From assembly GCA_963820825.1 (NCBI GenBank), contig CAWGBN010000008.1:352001-416000 (forward strand): 64,000 bases of DNA, read 5' to 3'. Made by a program: the position numbers and the translations under genes. The DNA is from Vulcanimicrobiota bacterium. Its GTDB lineage: Bacteria; Vulcanimicrobiota; Vulcanimicrobiia; Vulcanimicrobiales; Vulcanimicrobiaceae. Shown one piece after another: positions 9,899 to 20,322 of this stretch (its first letter is position 1; every line of letters begins with the position of its first letter). The notes under the pieces were generated by a model. It ran no database searches. It was given only the letters and a program-made list of their open reading frames with translations, and was not told the origin of the DNA.

Positions 9899-10420
9899 TT
9901 AGTAGATTCCGTACGTTCCCGAAGCCGTAACGCTGGGGTAGTAGTACAGATAGACGTTCTCGCTGTTCTTGAAACGCGCCTTGGGGTGGGCCGAGTAATG
10001 GCGACCAGGCGTGATGTAGTCGTACGTCGGGTTGCCGGGGCTCGGATACCACTGCTGGCTCGCGATCTGTCCATGGCCGACCGGAGCGCCGGTCTTCCAG
10101 TGGGTGATGTTCGAGCTGGCTACGATGTCATACGTCGGCGGGCAGCTGTACGTGGTGCAAGCATACCAGTAGTCGTATGGGCCGGAGCCGTAGTTCAGCG
10201 CGTAGCAGCCGTTCGGGAACGGCGTGGCATCGCACGGGCCGCGGCTATCCGCATGGAGGTTCGCCGCCTTCAGGCCGATGCCATGGTGGTGCTTGGCCAT
10301 CGATGAGACGCCCGACCCGCCGCTCGGGATGGACGACGAGCTGCCGGCACCGCCGGAGCACGCCGAAAGAACGAGGCTAGCTGCGAGCGCAGTGCTCGCA
10401 CAGAGAAGGGTGAAACGCAC
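9899..10420 (-). CDS. Small hypothetical lipoprotein
   Basis: Signal peptide with LSAC lipobox; Ser/Gly linker; Tyr-rich domain. Confidence 0.75.
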   Translation of the reverse strand: MRFTLLCASTALAASLVLSACSGGAGSSSSIPSGGSGVSSMAKHHHGIGLKAANLHADSRGPCDATPFPNGCYALNYGSGPYDYWYACTTYSCPPTYDIVASSNITHWKTGAPVGHGQIASQQWYPSPGNPTYDYITPGRHYSAHPKARFKNSENVYLYYYPSVTASGTYGIY

Positions 10421-10534
10421 GTTTGAACTCCTTCAATAGCTAGGTGATAAGGCCGCGCTCCGAATAAACGGGGCGCCGCTTGGTGGGCAATGCGGCCTAG
10501 AGCCCGACCCCTCCTGCCCAAAAACGGCCTCTCG

Positions 10535-11599
10535 TCACTTTTTTTTCAGCAGTTTGTGCGCGAAGGCGGCGGCTTCGACGTCGTCGCCCTGAGTCAGCCC
10601 TTTGTTGAAGCTGTAGAGGTAGGTCACATGGGCCGGCTTGTACGAGTAGACGTCGACTTGGCCGTAGGCAATATCGCCGAGCGCCAGCTCGTTACCCTTC
10701 TCGTTCAGGCTGCCGTAGAAGGAATCGCCTTGGAGCGCAAACGGCCCGCCGACCACGTGGCAGGTGGGATTGCAGCCCTTGTAGACCCAGAGGGCCGGCG
10801 TCTCCCAATCGACCGAGATCAGGTTTCCGCCGTGATCGCGCGCGAGTCCGCCGTAGTAGACGTTCTTCCACCCCTGCGCCACTTGCCCGGTGCCCTTGCA
10901 GCCTTTAAAGAACGTTAAGGTTGCGTGGCTAAACGAGGGGTCGTCCTCCGACGCGATCCAGCAGTCGCCGGTCGTCTTCGAATAGGCGACGCCGCCGCCG
11001 TAGTAGCTGATATGCGAGTTGTGCAGCACGCGCGAACAGCCGTGGGCGAGCGTGCAGACGGCAATGTTGCCGGCCTTGTTGCTCCCGCTCTCCTCGATGT
11101 TCCCGACGACGATCGTTCCGGTCTGCGCGTCGGCGGCGACGGCGTCGCTCGCCTGGCCGTACGGATCCTTGAACTTGCCCATGATCGTCTTGCAGGCATG
11201 CGGGCCTTTGTAGACCGTCACTCCGGCGGGATAGCCGTTGGGCACGACGAGATCGCCGAGGTTGTCGACGCTGAAGCCGTTGACGAACGCGGCGGGCACT
11301 TTGCAGATCGGCTTTTCGTTGTGCTGATTCGGCGCGACGTAGCCGAGCAGATCGGGCCCGTAGAACTGGGCTGCATAGATGCCGACCTGCTTCTTCTTCT
11401 TTTTGAGGTCGTCGTAGACGAAGGGCTGCTGCGCGGGCGTGCTGCGCATCAAGAACGGGTGCATCCACTGCGGCACGACGCTCGCCGGTGCGTCGGCGGA
11501 TTGCGGTGCCGCCATCGGCGTCGCAACGATGCCGGCACTGCAGCCGGCGAGAAATGCTACTGCAAGCGCTGCATAGAGCGCTTTGGGAACGGGGCGCAT
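10535..11599 (-). CDS. Lipoprotein, probable beta-propeller
   Basis: LAGC lipobox; repeated beta-strand units with Cys pairs. Confidence 0.75.
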   Translation of the reverse strand: MRPVPKALYAALAVAFLAGCSAGIVATPMAAPQSADAPASVVPQWMHPFLMRSTPAQQPFVYDDLKKKKKQVGIYAAQFYGPDLLGYVAPNQHNEKPICKVPAAFVNGFSVDNLGDLVVPNGYPAGVTVYKGPHACKTIMGKFKDPYGQASDAVAADAQTGTIVVGNIEESGSNKAGNIAVCTLAHGCSRVLHNSHISYYGGGVAYSKTTGDCWIASEDDPSFSHATLTFFKGCKGTGQVAQGWKNVYYGGLARDHGGNLISVDWETPALWVYKGCNPTCHVVGGPFALQGDSFYGSLNEKGNELALGDIAYGQVDVYSYKPAHVTYLYSFNKGLTQGDDVEAAAFAHKLLKKK

Positions 11600-11680
11600 G
11601 ACTTTGAGTCTCCTTGCAAATTGTAGTTCCTATTATGGAGGACTTACCTTGTCAATGCGGCTTCGCAGCGCTCGACTCCT

Positions 11681-12646
11681 TCAACGGCTGCCGGCCGTGC
11701 TGAGCACCGCGCCGACCGGCTGGCGCAGCCCGGTCACCCGGGCGGTGGGGCTGCCCCCGGCGGGGTAGCGCCAGAGAGCGACGCCGCTGGGCTTGCGGGA
11801 GCAGCTTTCGTAATCGCCGGCGGCGACCCGGCTCTTCCCGACCCAGGCCTCGGCCACGTCGCAGGCGCCCGCGAGCGTCGTCCTTCCGACGATTCGCGCT
11901 TTCGTTCCCGCGACGGTGAGCCGGTAGAGACACGAGCTCGCCGAGTCGCGGCATTGCTGATCGCCGAGCACGAGCTTCGAACCGCTCCAGGCGACGGTTC
12001 CCGGAAAGTAGATCGTTCCGCCGGAGACCGCCACGAGCGCGATCGAGTTCGCACCGCGCGCGAGAACGCCGAGCGCGAAGAGGTGCTGCGAGCTCGCGCC
12101 GCTGACGTAGAGATTGCCGCTGCCGTCGTAGCCGGCAAAGTAATAGGAGTAGATGCTCTTGCTCTCGTAGGCGGCCGGCGTTCCACGCGCGTGTTTGTAG
12201 AGCAGAACGATCCCCGCGCCGCTGAAATTCTCGAGGTTCGTCACCGCAAGATCGCCGGTACTCGGATTCACGGCGCAGCCGACCGGATAACCGAACGCAT
12301 CGCGCAGCGTCGCGATCGGCGCCGTCCCGCCGTGCGCGTACTCGCGCATCTCGGACGACTGCGTGTTGGCGACCCAAACGTCGCCCGCCGAATCGGCGCA
12401 GAGGCCTTGCGGGCCGTCGAAGCCGGTTAATTTTCCCGCCGCTTTGAGCGACGGATACTCGTAGACGTGCACGGTAAACGTGCCGAGGTCGGAGACGTAG
12501 AGCAGCGCTTTCGCGGCGCTCGCCCGCGGCGACATCCACGATCTTGCGCCAGTTCCGATGCTCGGTGCGAGTTGCGAGGCCCCGCTGCACGCCGCTAGCG
12601 TTGCGGCGAACAAAAGACATGCGGGCCCGCCGAAGCGAGCCCGCAT
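11681..12646 (-). CDS. NHL/SMP-30-like beta-propeller lipoprotein
   Basis: LAAC lipobox; SWM...LLYVSD, PQGLCADSAGDVWVAN, GCAVNPSTGDLAV motifs. Confidence 0.8.
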   Translation of the reverse strand: MRARFGGPACLLFAATLAACSGASQLAPSIGTGARSWMSPRASAAKALLYVSDLGTFTVHVYEYPSLKAAGKLTGFDGPQGLCADSAGDVWVANTQSSEMREYAHGGTAPIATLRDAFGYPVGCAVNPSTGDLAVTNLENFSGAGIVLLYKHARGTPAAYESKSIYSYYFAGYDGSGNLYVSGASSQHLFALGVLARGANSIALVAVSGGTIYFPGTVAWSGSKLVLGDQQCRDSASSCLYRLTVAGTKARIVGRTTLAGACDVAEAWVGKSRVAAGDYESCSRKPSGVALWRYPAGGSPTARVTGLRQPVGAVLSTAGSR

Positions 12647-12680
12647 GTTGCTTTTCCCTGCGTAGGACGCGATGACCAGC

Positions 12681-13778
12681 TTACTTCGTGCTGATCGCCG
12701 CGCCGGTCGGCAACGTGTAGGAGTTGTCGGGAATCACGTGGTTCGTGGGCGTTCCGCCGCCCGTATAGCCCCAGCGGTTGAACGAGCTGCTGGCAGTGCC
12801 GCAGTACTCGTAGTCGCCGCCGGCAACGTACTTCTTACCCTTGGCCGCGATCACGCCCTGAATCAGGTCGCAGACCGAGCCCTCGTTGTAGTTCGAGTAG
12901 GTCGTCGGCGTACCGAGCGCCGTTCCGTTCACCGGATAGCTGCACGCTTCGGTCGTGTCGTTGCAGAGCTGGTCGAAGACGACCCACTGGCCGCGCGCGT
13001 TATCCCATTGCACCGCGCCCGGGAAGTAGATCGTTCCGCCGGTGAGATTGAGCGTGCTGCAGCTCGAGACGCCGCAGACCGAGAGCTGGTAGAAACCGCT
13101 AGGGTTGCGTCCGCTCACCCAGAGGTCGCTGCCCGGGCCGTAGCCCAGGAAGTAGTAGAAATAGCCGCTCGGATTGGTCAGCACCGTCGGGCTCGAGGAC
13201 GGGCTCGAGAAGACGAGCACTTGTCCGGCGCCGCTGTTGCCGAAGAGGTTCGCGACCGCGAGGTTACCCGTTGCCGGGTCGACTGCGCAGCCGACCGGAT
13301 AGCCGTAGCTATCCGTGTAGGTGTTGAGCAGCGTGCCGGTGCGCGAGTATTCCAGGACCTGGAAGCCTCCGGTATTCGCAATGTAGATGTTGCCGTGCGT
13401 ATCGGAACACTCACCTTGCGGCTCGGAGAAGCCGGTCAGCGTGCCCTTGAGCGCCATGTCCGGCATCGTATAGATGTAGACGTCGTAGGTACCGGAATCG
13501 GAGGCGAAGTAGAGACGCGGCGCGAGCGCGGCGTCGGGCGAGACCCACGACTTGCGCGTGTCGCGGTGTACCTTCATGCCGTTCCACTTTACGCCGATGA
13601 ATGTATCGGCGATGCCGTGCCCGTGATGCATCGGATTGACGCCGTGCGAGCTGTCCGGCACAGCGGCCGGTGCGAGTCCTAACGCGCCGGTCGAAGAGCC
13701 GCTGCTGCTACAGGCGGCGAGCAATGCGGCGGCCGCGAGTACGCCAACAGCGTATGCGGCCGACCTTGTAATCTTCAT
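12681..13778 (-). CDS. NHL/SMP-30-like beta-propeller lipoprotein
   Basis: Start MKITRS at 13778 with GGAG Shine-Dalgarno; LAAC; paralogue of the neighbouring gene (GCAVDPATGNLAV). Confidence 0.8.
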   Translation of the reverse strand: MKITRSAAYAVGVLAAAALLAACSSSGSSTGALGLAPAAVPDSSHGVNPMHHGHGIADTFIGVKWNGMKVHRDTRKSWVSPDAALAPRLYFASDSGTYDVYIYTMPDMALKGTLTGFSEPQGECSDTHGNIYIANTGGFQVLEYSRTGTLLNTYTDSYGYPVGCAVDPATGNLAVANLFGNSGAGQVLVFSSPSSSPTVLTNPSGYFYYFLGYGPGSDLWVSGRNPSGFYQLSVCGVSSCSTLNLTGGTIYFPGAVQWDNARGQWVVFDQLCNDTTEACSYPVNGTALGTPTTYSNYNEGSVCDLIQGVIAAKGKKYVAGGDYEYCGTASSSFNRWGYTGGGTPTNHVIPDNSYTLPTGAAISTK

Positions 13779-13859
13779 TGAAAAATGCTCCTTTTTGCTT
13801 TCATGAAAGTGCCTGTGAAGGCAAGACCACGGAGCCCGGCAAGACCGCCGGGGAGGCAA

Positions 13860-15254
13860 TTAGTCCGACAACCGGTAGGATTCACCTGCCGAATACGACG
13901 GCTTCCGGTGCAGGAAGAACGCCTTGGATTGCTTCGCGTGGATCGGTTTGAACGCGATCGGCGCTTTCGTGTAGTCGAAGCAATCGGCGATGCTCGTCGC
14001 GCGCCGGTCGGTTCGCCCGAGCGGCTTGAGACTCCAGTTCTCATCGATGTATTTGAGGATGCTGCCGAACTCGTACTGCGTCTTGGAGATGTGCCCGGGC
14101 TTCGCGTAGGGTGAGACGACGATCGCCGGCACGCGCAAACCGAGTCCGCCGTAACCAAGCTGCGGCGGATTGAGGTTGTCGTAGAGTCCACCCCAATCGT
14201 CCCAGACGATCACGATCGCCGTCGAGTTCCAATACGCGCTCTCGCCGATCGCGTTGACGAGGCTTGCGACCCACGAGGGTCCGGTGTCGGAGCTGGTGCC
14301 GGGATGATCGGAATCGTTCTGGTCGGGAATCACCCAAGAGACGGCTTGCAGCGTGCCGTTGGTGAGATCGCCGAAGATCTTCTGCTGCGGCATCGCGATG
14401 TGACCGTCGCTCCACTGCGGTCCCTCGCGCACGGCCTTGATCGCGTCGAATGCGTTGAGCAGCTTGCCGTTGGCCGTGCAGCAGATCGGCGGCACGTAGT
14501 AACGCCACGTCACCCTCTTTGCGTCGAGACGATCGCGCAGCGTCGGATAGGAGAGGCACGGAAACGGACCCTGCCCGGGCTTGAAGACGTTCTCTTTGGT
14601 GATCAGCGAGGTTCGCGTTCCGTGCGGTGCGTTGCAGCCCCAGGGCGACTGGCTGGGCAGATCGACGAGCGCCTCGCCGTCGCCGATCACCGAATCGCCG
14701 GCGATGAGCGCTTGATGCGCGGTAAAGCTGCTGCTGCCTTGCGTGGTAAACATATGCTCGGCCAGCGTGTACTGCTCGGCGATATCCCAGTACGGCTTGA
14801 TCTCGTTCGGATCGGTGTACTGATACGGATACGTGCATTCGGGCGATCCGCTCTCGAAGTTTACCGCATCGAAGCCGTCCATCTTCCCGCCGTTACGCGC
14901 CGTATCGTACCCCTTGTAGCCGTGGTTGAGATCGTGCGGATTTCCGTGCAGCCTCGTAACGAGAGACATCTTCGTCAACGCGATCGTCTTCTCGCTCTTG
15001 ATGCCGCAGGCCGCACTCGGCTCGGCCTTGCCGGTCGTCGTGCCGTCGGCGCCGGGAAAGGTCGCGAAGAAATCGTTGAACGTTCGGTTCTCTTGAACGA
15101 TGAGCACCACGTGTTTGATCGGCGAAGCCGTCGTTCGACTGCGCGCCTGCGGCGCTTCGCTCAGGATGACACCGTTGGGTGGCGTGACGCTGTTATTGCA
15201 CGCGGCGAGAAGCGTGCAGAGCGCGAGGATGGCTGCTCGTTCAGCCTTCCGCAA
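13860..15254 (-). CDS. Phosphoesterase/phospholipase C-family lipoprotein (copy 8)
   Basis: LAAC; QENRTFND, SFTAHQ, SDHP, WDDWGG; REP-like insert at 15134-15172. Confidence 0.88.
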   Translation of the reverse strand: MRKAERAAILALCTLLAACNNSVTPPNGVILSEAPQARSRTTASPIKHVVLIVQENRTFNDFFATFPGADGTTTGKAEPSAACGIKSEKTIALTKMSLVTRLHGNPHDLNHGYKGYDTARNGGKMDGFDAVNFESGSPECTYPYQYTDPNEIKPYWDIAEQYTLAEHMFTTQGSSSFTAHQALIAGDSVIGDGEALVDLPSQSPWGCNAPHGTRTSLITKENVFKPGQGPFPCLSYPTLRDRLDAKRVTWRYYVPPICCTANGKLLNAFDAIKAVREGPQWSDGHIAMPQQKIFGDLTNGTLQAVSWVIPDQNDSDHPGTSSDTGPSWVASLVNAIGESAYWNSTAIVIVWDDWGGLYDNLNPPQLGYGGLGLRVPAIVVSPYAKPGHISKTQYEFGSILKYIDENWSLKPLGRTDRRATSIADCFDYTKAPIAFKPIHAKQSKAFFLHRKPSYSAGESYRLSD

Positions 15255-16651
15255 TGCTGGTCACCGCCGTCACCAGCGAATCTTTCCCTTTCGTGGCCGT
15301 CAGTATCGCCATGCGCGCGTAATCGATCACCTCGGGCAGGCGGCGCGCGTAGCCGCTGATGAACCGCCACGAGAAGAGGCGCTTCGGCGAGAGATACTCG
15401 GCCTCGTAGAGCAGGAGCAGGTTCGCTAGGACGAAGTGGCGCATCGCGCTGCCGCGGTTGATGTGGACGCGCCAGCGCTTGGAGATGTCCACGTTGGTGA
15501 AGACGTCGTTACGCAACGAGCCGGAGAGCACCGAGGGGCTCACCGAGATGACGCTGTCGTATCGCTGCGGCATGCGCTCGCTGCGCTCGATCTTTCCCTT
15601 CCCAAAGTCGACGCACCAGTACTCTTGCTGGCGTGTGTCGATGGTGAAGACCCAGCGCGTATTGCGGATGAGCGGGCGCAACAGGCGAGTCGCGCGGAAG
15701 AACTTATCGAAGTACTTGGCAAAGTCGTCGAAGGCGATTTCCTTCGCCGCTTCGGAGCGATAGGTTTTCTCGAGACGCTCGCTCTCGGCTTGCGCGCGCT
15801 GCTCCGAATACGCCACGATGTCTTCGACGACGTTGTCGGTCAGCTCGAAATCCCGACGCCGCCGACCAGCGGCTTCCGACCGGCATGATCACCAGCGACG
15901 TCTCCGGCGCGCGCGAGGCGTTTGCGTTGAAGTAGTCGCGCATCTCCGGCGCCGAGACGAGGAAACGGTTCTCGTCGATTACCTCGCGATGCAGGTGGCA
16001 GATGCCGCTCGCGAACGGAATCGCGTAACGCGGGCGAAGCTGTTGCGCCGCGGCCGCGAAGGCTTCCATATACGTGCGGGCGTCGACGGGAAGCCGGTCG
16101 CCCGGATCTTCGAAGGTGTAGCGCGTCGGATACGACCACGCCGGCGAGTGGCTGCGCAGCATGAAATCCGGCTTGGGATACTTCGCACGGAAGGCGCGCC
16201 AGGTCGAAGGCAGCGGCTTTGCATCGTTGAGATCCATTAGCACCGTTCCGCCCGATTCGACGACCGCGACGCTGTCGTCTTGAAAGCTGATCTGATAGCT
16301 GGTGAGATAGAAATCGTCGCCGAGCTTGATGCGCTCGCCGTGGCGCAGTTCGACGATGCGCTCGAATCCGATCTGCTCGAGTTGCTGCCGCAATCCCGAG
16401 ATCGGAAACTTGGGAACGATCGCGGTCGTCGTCTTCGCGAACTTCTTGAGCGTCTTGGGATCGAAGTGGTCGAAGTGCCAATGCGTGATGTAGACGTAGT
16501 CCGCGCCGAAAATATCCTCGCCGAAGATCGGCGGCGGGCAATGCCACCACGACGACCAATAGGTCGGTTCGTTCAGCCAGGGATCGATGACCAGCCGCTT
16601 GCCGCTTGCTTTCACATCGATGCAGGCGTGGCTGACGATACGGAACTCCAT
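15241..16651 (-). CDS. MBL-fold metallo-hydrolase, frameshift near 15850
   Basis: HACI...IDPW, THWHFDH (HxHxDH) motif; C-terminal part in ORF 15241..15816. Confidence 0.75.
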
Positions 16652-16726
16652 GAAACCCCGTTCTTCGCTCTTCGTCCGTTCGCCCTTCACCCTTCGTCCT
16701 TCGTCCTTGATGACGCAGGTTAAATA

Positions 16727-18127
16727 CTATTCAGTATCGACCGGGAGATATGAAGGCGGTCTATGCAAAAAGTAGCTGCGCGAGTACTTTGCCGCAATCG
16801 GAACGAAGGCGTGCGGCGGTACGTTGAAGTCGAAGCAGTCGACGAGGCTGTTCGCACGGATGTCGGTCGTTCCCAATCTTCCCAATCCCCAGACGTCCTC
16901 GACGAACTTGAGAATGCTGCCGAACTCGTAGGGCGTGTGCGAGATGTAGCCGGGCTGGCTCGGCTTGGTACGGCGCACGTACGGCGAGACAACCATCATC
17001 GGCACGCGAAATCCCAGGCCGCCCCATTTGTCGAAAAAGAGCGGTGGGACGTGATCGTAGAGGCCGCCCCAATCGTCCCACACGATGACGATCGCGGTGC
17101 TCTGCCAATACGAGCTCTCTCCCACCGCGTTGACGATGCTCGCGACCCACGACGGTCCCGTATCGGATTTATTTCCCGGATGATCGGAGTCCGGGTTGTC
17201 GGGCACGATCCACGAAACGGCCGGAAGCGTCCCGTTCGCGACGTCGTTGAAGAAAACGGGCGTCCGGGCGATGTTCGTCGTCCACTCCGGACCGTCACGC
17301 ACGGCCTTGATCGCATCGAATGCATTCCAGAGCGAGCCGGTGCCGTGCGGTTCGGCCGGCGAGTAGTACTTCCAGGAGACGTACTTCGCATCGAGCAGAT
17401 CGCGCATCGTCGGATACGTAAGGCAGGGAAACGGGCCTTTTTGGTACTCATCGTGGATCGTATGGTCTTTCACCACCAGCATTGAGGTGGTCGTTCCCGG
17501 CGGCGCGTCGCAGCCCCACGGCCGCTGCGAAGGAAAATCGACCAGACTCTTGGTGTCTTTCGGCTGATTGATCAGCGTGGCACCCGCGATCAAATCCTGA
17601 TGCGCGGTAAAACTTCCGCTGCCTTGCGTCTGGAAGAGGTGATCGGCGAGCACGTACTGCTGCGCGATCGACCAGTCGGGTGCGAGCTCGGTCGGATCCA
17701 CGTACTGATAGACCTTCGTCCCGACTTTGCCGGGGCATTTCTTGCTGCCGCCTTCCAAACCGAAGCCGTCCATCTTGCCGTGGTCGTAATCGACCGCGAC
17801 GATATGATAGGAGTGACCGAAGTCGCACGCACCGACGAGATCGACTCTCTGCAGCGGCACGTATTGATCGCCCGATCCCGATGGATTCTTCATGTAGCCA
17901 CCCGACGTGCCGTCGGCGCCCGGAAAGGTCGCGAAGAAATTGTCGAAGCTGCGATTCTCTTGAATCACGATGATCACGTGCTGGATGTCTCCGTTTCCGG
18001 ACGGCGCCCTTCGCACGCCGGCGCTGTCAGCCTGTCGAAGGGTGACCGGCGTCGATTGGGACGAGCAGGCGGCGCATGCGGCGGCGAGCGCAATTGCAAG
18101 GAAGAGCAGCCGGGTCTTTCTTGTCAT
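16727..18127 (-). CDS. Phosphoesterase/phospholipase C-family lipoprotein (copy 9)
   Basis: Start MTRKTRLL; CAAC; QENRSFDN, WDDWGG, GFRVP; partial REP at 18026-18047. Confidence 0.88.
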   Translation of the reverse strand: MTRKTRLLFLAIALAAACAACSSQSTPVTLRQADSAGVRRAPSGNGDIQHVIIVIQENRSFDNFFATFPGADGTSGGYMKNPSGSGDQYVPLQRVDLVGACDFGHSYHIVAVDYDHGKMDGFGLEGGSKKCPGKVGTKVYQYVDPTELAPDWSIAQQYVLADHLFQTQGSGSFTAHQDLIAGATLINQPKDTKSLVDFPSQRPWGCDAPPGTTTSMLVVKDHTIHDEYQKGPFPCLTYPTMRDLLDAKYVSWKYYSPAEPHGTGSLWNAFDAIKAVRDGPEWTTNIARTPVFFNDVANGTLPAVSWIVPDNPDSDHPGNKSDTGPSWVASIVNAVGESSYWQSTAIVIVWDDWGGLYDHVPPLFFDKWGGLGFRVPMMVVSPYVRRTKPSQPGYISHTPYEFGSILKFVEDVWGLGRLGTTDIRANSLVDCFDFNVPPHAFVPIAAKYSRSYFLHRPPSYLPVDTE

Positions 18128-18132
18128 GAGCC

Positions 18133-19530
18133 TCACTCGCTGTCGACGGGTAGATACGAGGGCCGCTGCGCCTCGAAGTAGGCGGGGGAATACTTCGCCT
18201 TGATCGGGGTGAAAGCGCGCGGCGCTTGGGTGAAGTCGAAACAATCGCCGATGCTCGTCGCGCGCTGATCGGTCGTGCCGAGACTGCCTAGCCCCCAGAC
18301 CGCTTCGACGAACTTCAGAATGCTGCCGAACTCGTACTGCGTGTGCGAGATGTAGCCGGGCGTGCTCGGATAGGCTTCGCGCGCGTAGGGCGAGACGACG
18401 AGCATCGGCACGCGAAAGCCGAGGCCGCCCCATTGATCGAAGAACGGCGGCGGTTCGTGATCGAAGAAGCCGCCCCAATCATCCCACACGACGATCACCG
18501 CGCTCGTGCTCCAGTAGTCGCTCTTGCCGACCGCGTTGACGATGCTCGCCACCCACGACGGGCCCGTGTCGGAACCGTTGCCGGGATGGTCGGAGTTCGG
18601 ATTGTCCGGCACGACCCACGAGAGCGCGGGAAGCCGCCCTTTCTTGACGTCGAGAAAGAAGCTTTTCGCCGAAGCGATGTTGGTGCGCCACTCGCGGCGC
18701 TCGCGCACCGCCTTGATCGCATCGAACGCGTTCCAAAATCCGCCCGTTCCGTCCGGCTCGGGCGGCGAGTAGGTCTTCCACGTAACGCCCTTGGCGTCGA
18801 GCAGATCGCGCAGCGTCCGATAGGTGAGGCAGGGAAACGGACCCTGATGGCGCTTGTAGGCGAGTCGCGATCCGCGTACTTCCAAGAGCGAGGTCTTCGT
18901 GTCGCGGCGCGCGTCGCATCCCCACGGCACGTGCGACGGAAAGTCGACGAGAGTCTTTGTTCGGCCCGGATTGATGAAGGTGGCGCCGGCGATGAGATCC
19001 TGATGCGCGGTGAAGCTCCCGCTCCCTTGCGTCTGGAACATGTGATCGGCGAGCACGTACGTTTTCGCGATCTCCCAGTAGGGCGCGATCTGCGACGGAT
19101 CGACGTACTGATAGGTCTCGAGTCCGGCCGGTCCCGGACACGGCTTTCCGCCGCCCTCGAGATTGAAGCCGTCCATCTTGCCGTTATCGTACTCTTTGAG
19201 AAAACCCGCGCGCGAATGGCCGAAATCGCACTTCTCGTTGAGCGGCGCCGAATGCAGGTAGACGTAGGTGTAGCCGCTCGGCGTCTTTATTCGTCCCCGC
19301 GTCGTGCCGTCGGCTTTTGGAAACGTCGCGAAGAGATTATCGAAGGTGCGGTTCTCTTGAACGACGATGATGACGTGCTGCAAGACGTCGGACCCGCCGC
19401 TCGATGCGGGCGGGATGGCGTTGCTTCCCGCACTCGTCGCGTTACGCACCGGACCGGCGCACGAAACGCCGGCCACCAGAGCGATCGAACCGATAAGGGC
19501 GCGCGCGAGCGCGCGCCGGCGACTCGTCAC
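18133..19530 (-). CDS. Phosphoesterase/phospholipase C-family lipoprotein (copy 10)
   Basis: QENRTFDN, SFTAHQ, WDDWGG, GFRVP. Confidence 0.88.
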   Translation of the reverse strand: MTSRRRALARALIGSIALVAGVSCAGPVRNATSAGSNAIPPASSGGSDVLQHVIIVVQENRTFDNLFATFPKADGTTRGRIKTPSGYTYVYLHSAPLNEKCDFGHSRAGFLKEYDNGKMDGFNLEGGGKPCPGPAGLETYQYVDPSQIAPYWEIAKTYVLADHMFQTQGSGSFTAHQDLIAGATFINPGRTKTLVDFPSHVPWGCDARRDTKTSLLEVRGSRLAYKRHQGPFPCLTYRTLRDLLDAKGVTWKTYSPPEPDGTGGFWNAFDAIKAVRERREWRTNIASAKSFFLDVKKGRLPALSWVVPDNPNSDHPGNGSDTGPSWVASIVNAVGKSDYWSTSAVIVVWDDWGGFFDHEPPPFFDQWGGLGFRVPMLVVSPYAREAYPSTPGYISHTQYEFGSILKFVEAVWGLGSLGTTDQRATSIGDCFDFTQAPRAFTPIKAKYSPAYFEAQRPSYLPVDSE

Positions 19531-20234
19531 CGCTGCCGCAAGTCGATGGCGCCCGTCGTGGTCTCGAGCCGAATCCGCCCGCCGCCGTTTCCGATCGTAC
19601 CGCCGCCACGCGCGCCGACGAGGTGTTCGCGCTCCTGCGTCACGCCGGGAACGTTGCTGGCAAAATCGCCGACCGTGCTAAATGCCTGCACCGCCGCGTT
19701 GCTCCCGGGCGCGATCGTCAGCGTGACCGCGCCGGTCGTCGCGCGCAGGGCGATCGATCGATTTGCGTTGACGCTGCCCGCGTCGGCGGTAATCTCGCCG
19801 GCCTGGGTCTCCACGTCGAGATTTCCGCGCACGCCGGCAAGGTCGATGGCGCCGGCATCGTTGGTGATGCGCAGCGAGGCGCCCTCGGGCACGGAGATCT
19901 TATAGCGGACCCCGCCGCCGTGCACGCCGCCTGAGTACCGTGTTTTGACCGAGACCCCGTCGATCTCGCGGCGGACGTCGATCGTTACGCCGCGCAGTTC
20001 CTCGGGGTCGTGGCCGTATTTCGTTGCCTGGACGTCCACGATCGGCTTCGGCCAGCCCTCGACCCGGACGGCGCCGGCGACGTTCTCGATTTCGACCGCG
20101 GGCGAGGCACCGGCGGCGATGCTCTGGTGCACCTGCTCCCGAACCCGCTCTCCGAGGTTTCCACTGCACCCGCCGAGCGCCGGGAGGATGCAAAAGGCGG
20201 TCGCGATTCCTCGAGCGAAGGCCTTGAGGGCCAT
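19527..20234 (-). CDS. DUF4097-like beta-strand-repeat lipoprotein
   Basis: LGGC lipobox; repeated xxTxxGxIxL units (NVAGAV, NDAGAI, TTTGAI). Confidence 0.7.
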   Translation of the reverse strand: MALKAFARGIATAFCILPALGGCSGNLGERVREQVHQSIAAGASPAVEIENVAGAVRVEGWPKPIVDVQATKYGHDPEELRGVTIDVRREIDGVSVKTRYSGGVHGGGVRYKISVPEGASLRITNDAGAIDLAGVRGNLDVETQAGEITADAGSVNANRSIALRATTGAVTLTIAPGSNAAVQAFSTVGDFASNVPGVTQEREHLVGARGGGTIGNGGGRIRLETTTGAIDLRQR

Positions 20235-20322
20235 AGTCGCGGTCACTCCGCGTCTACGGACGGTATCCCCTGCCTTGCCAACCGTCAAAATGCTGCTGCA
20301 CGGAAGGACCGAGACCAGAACG

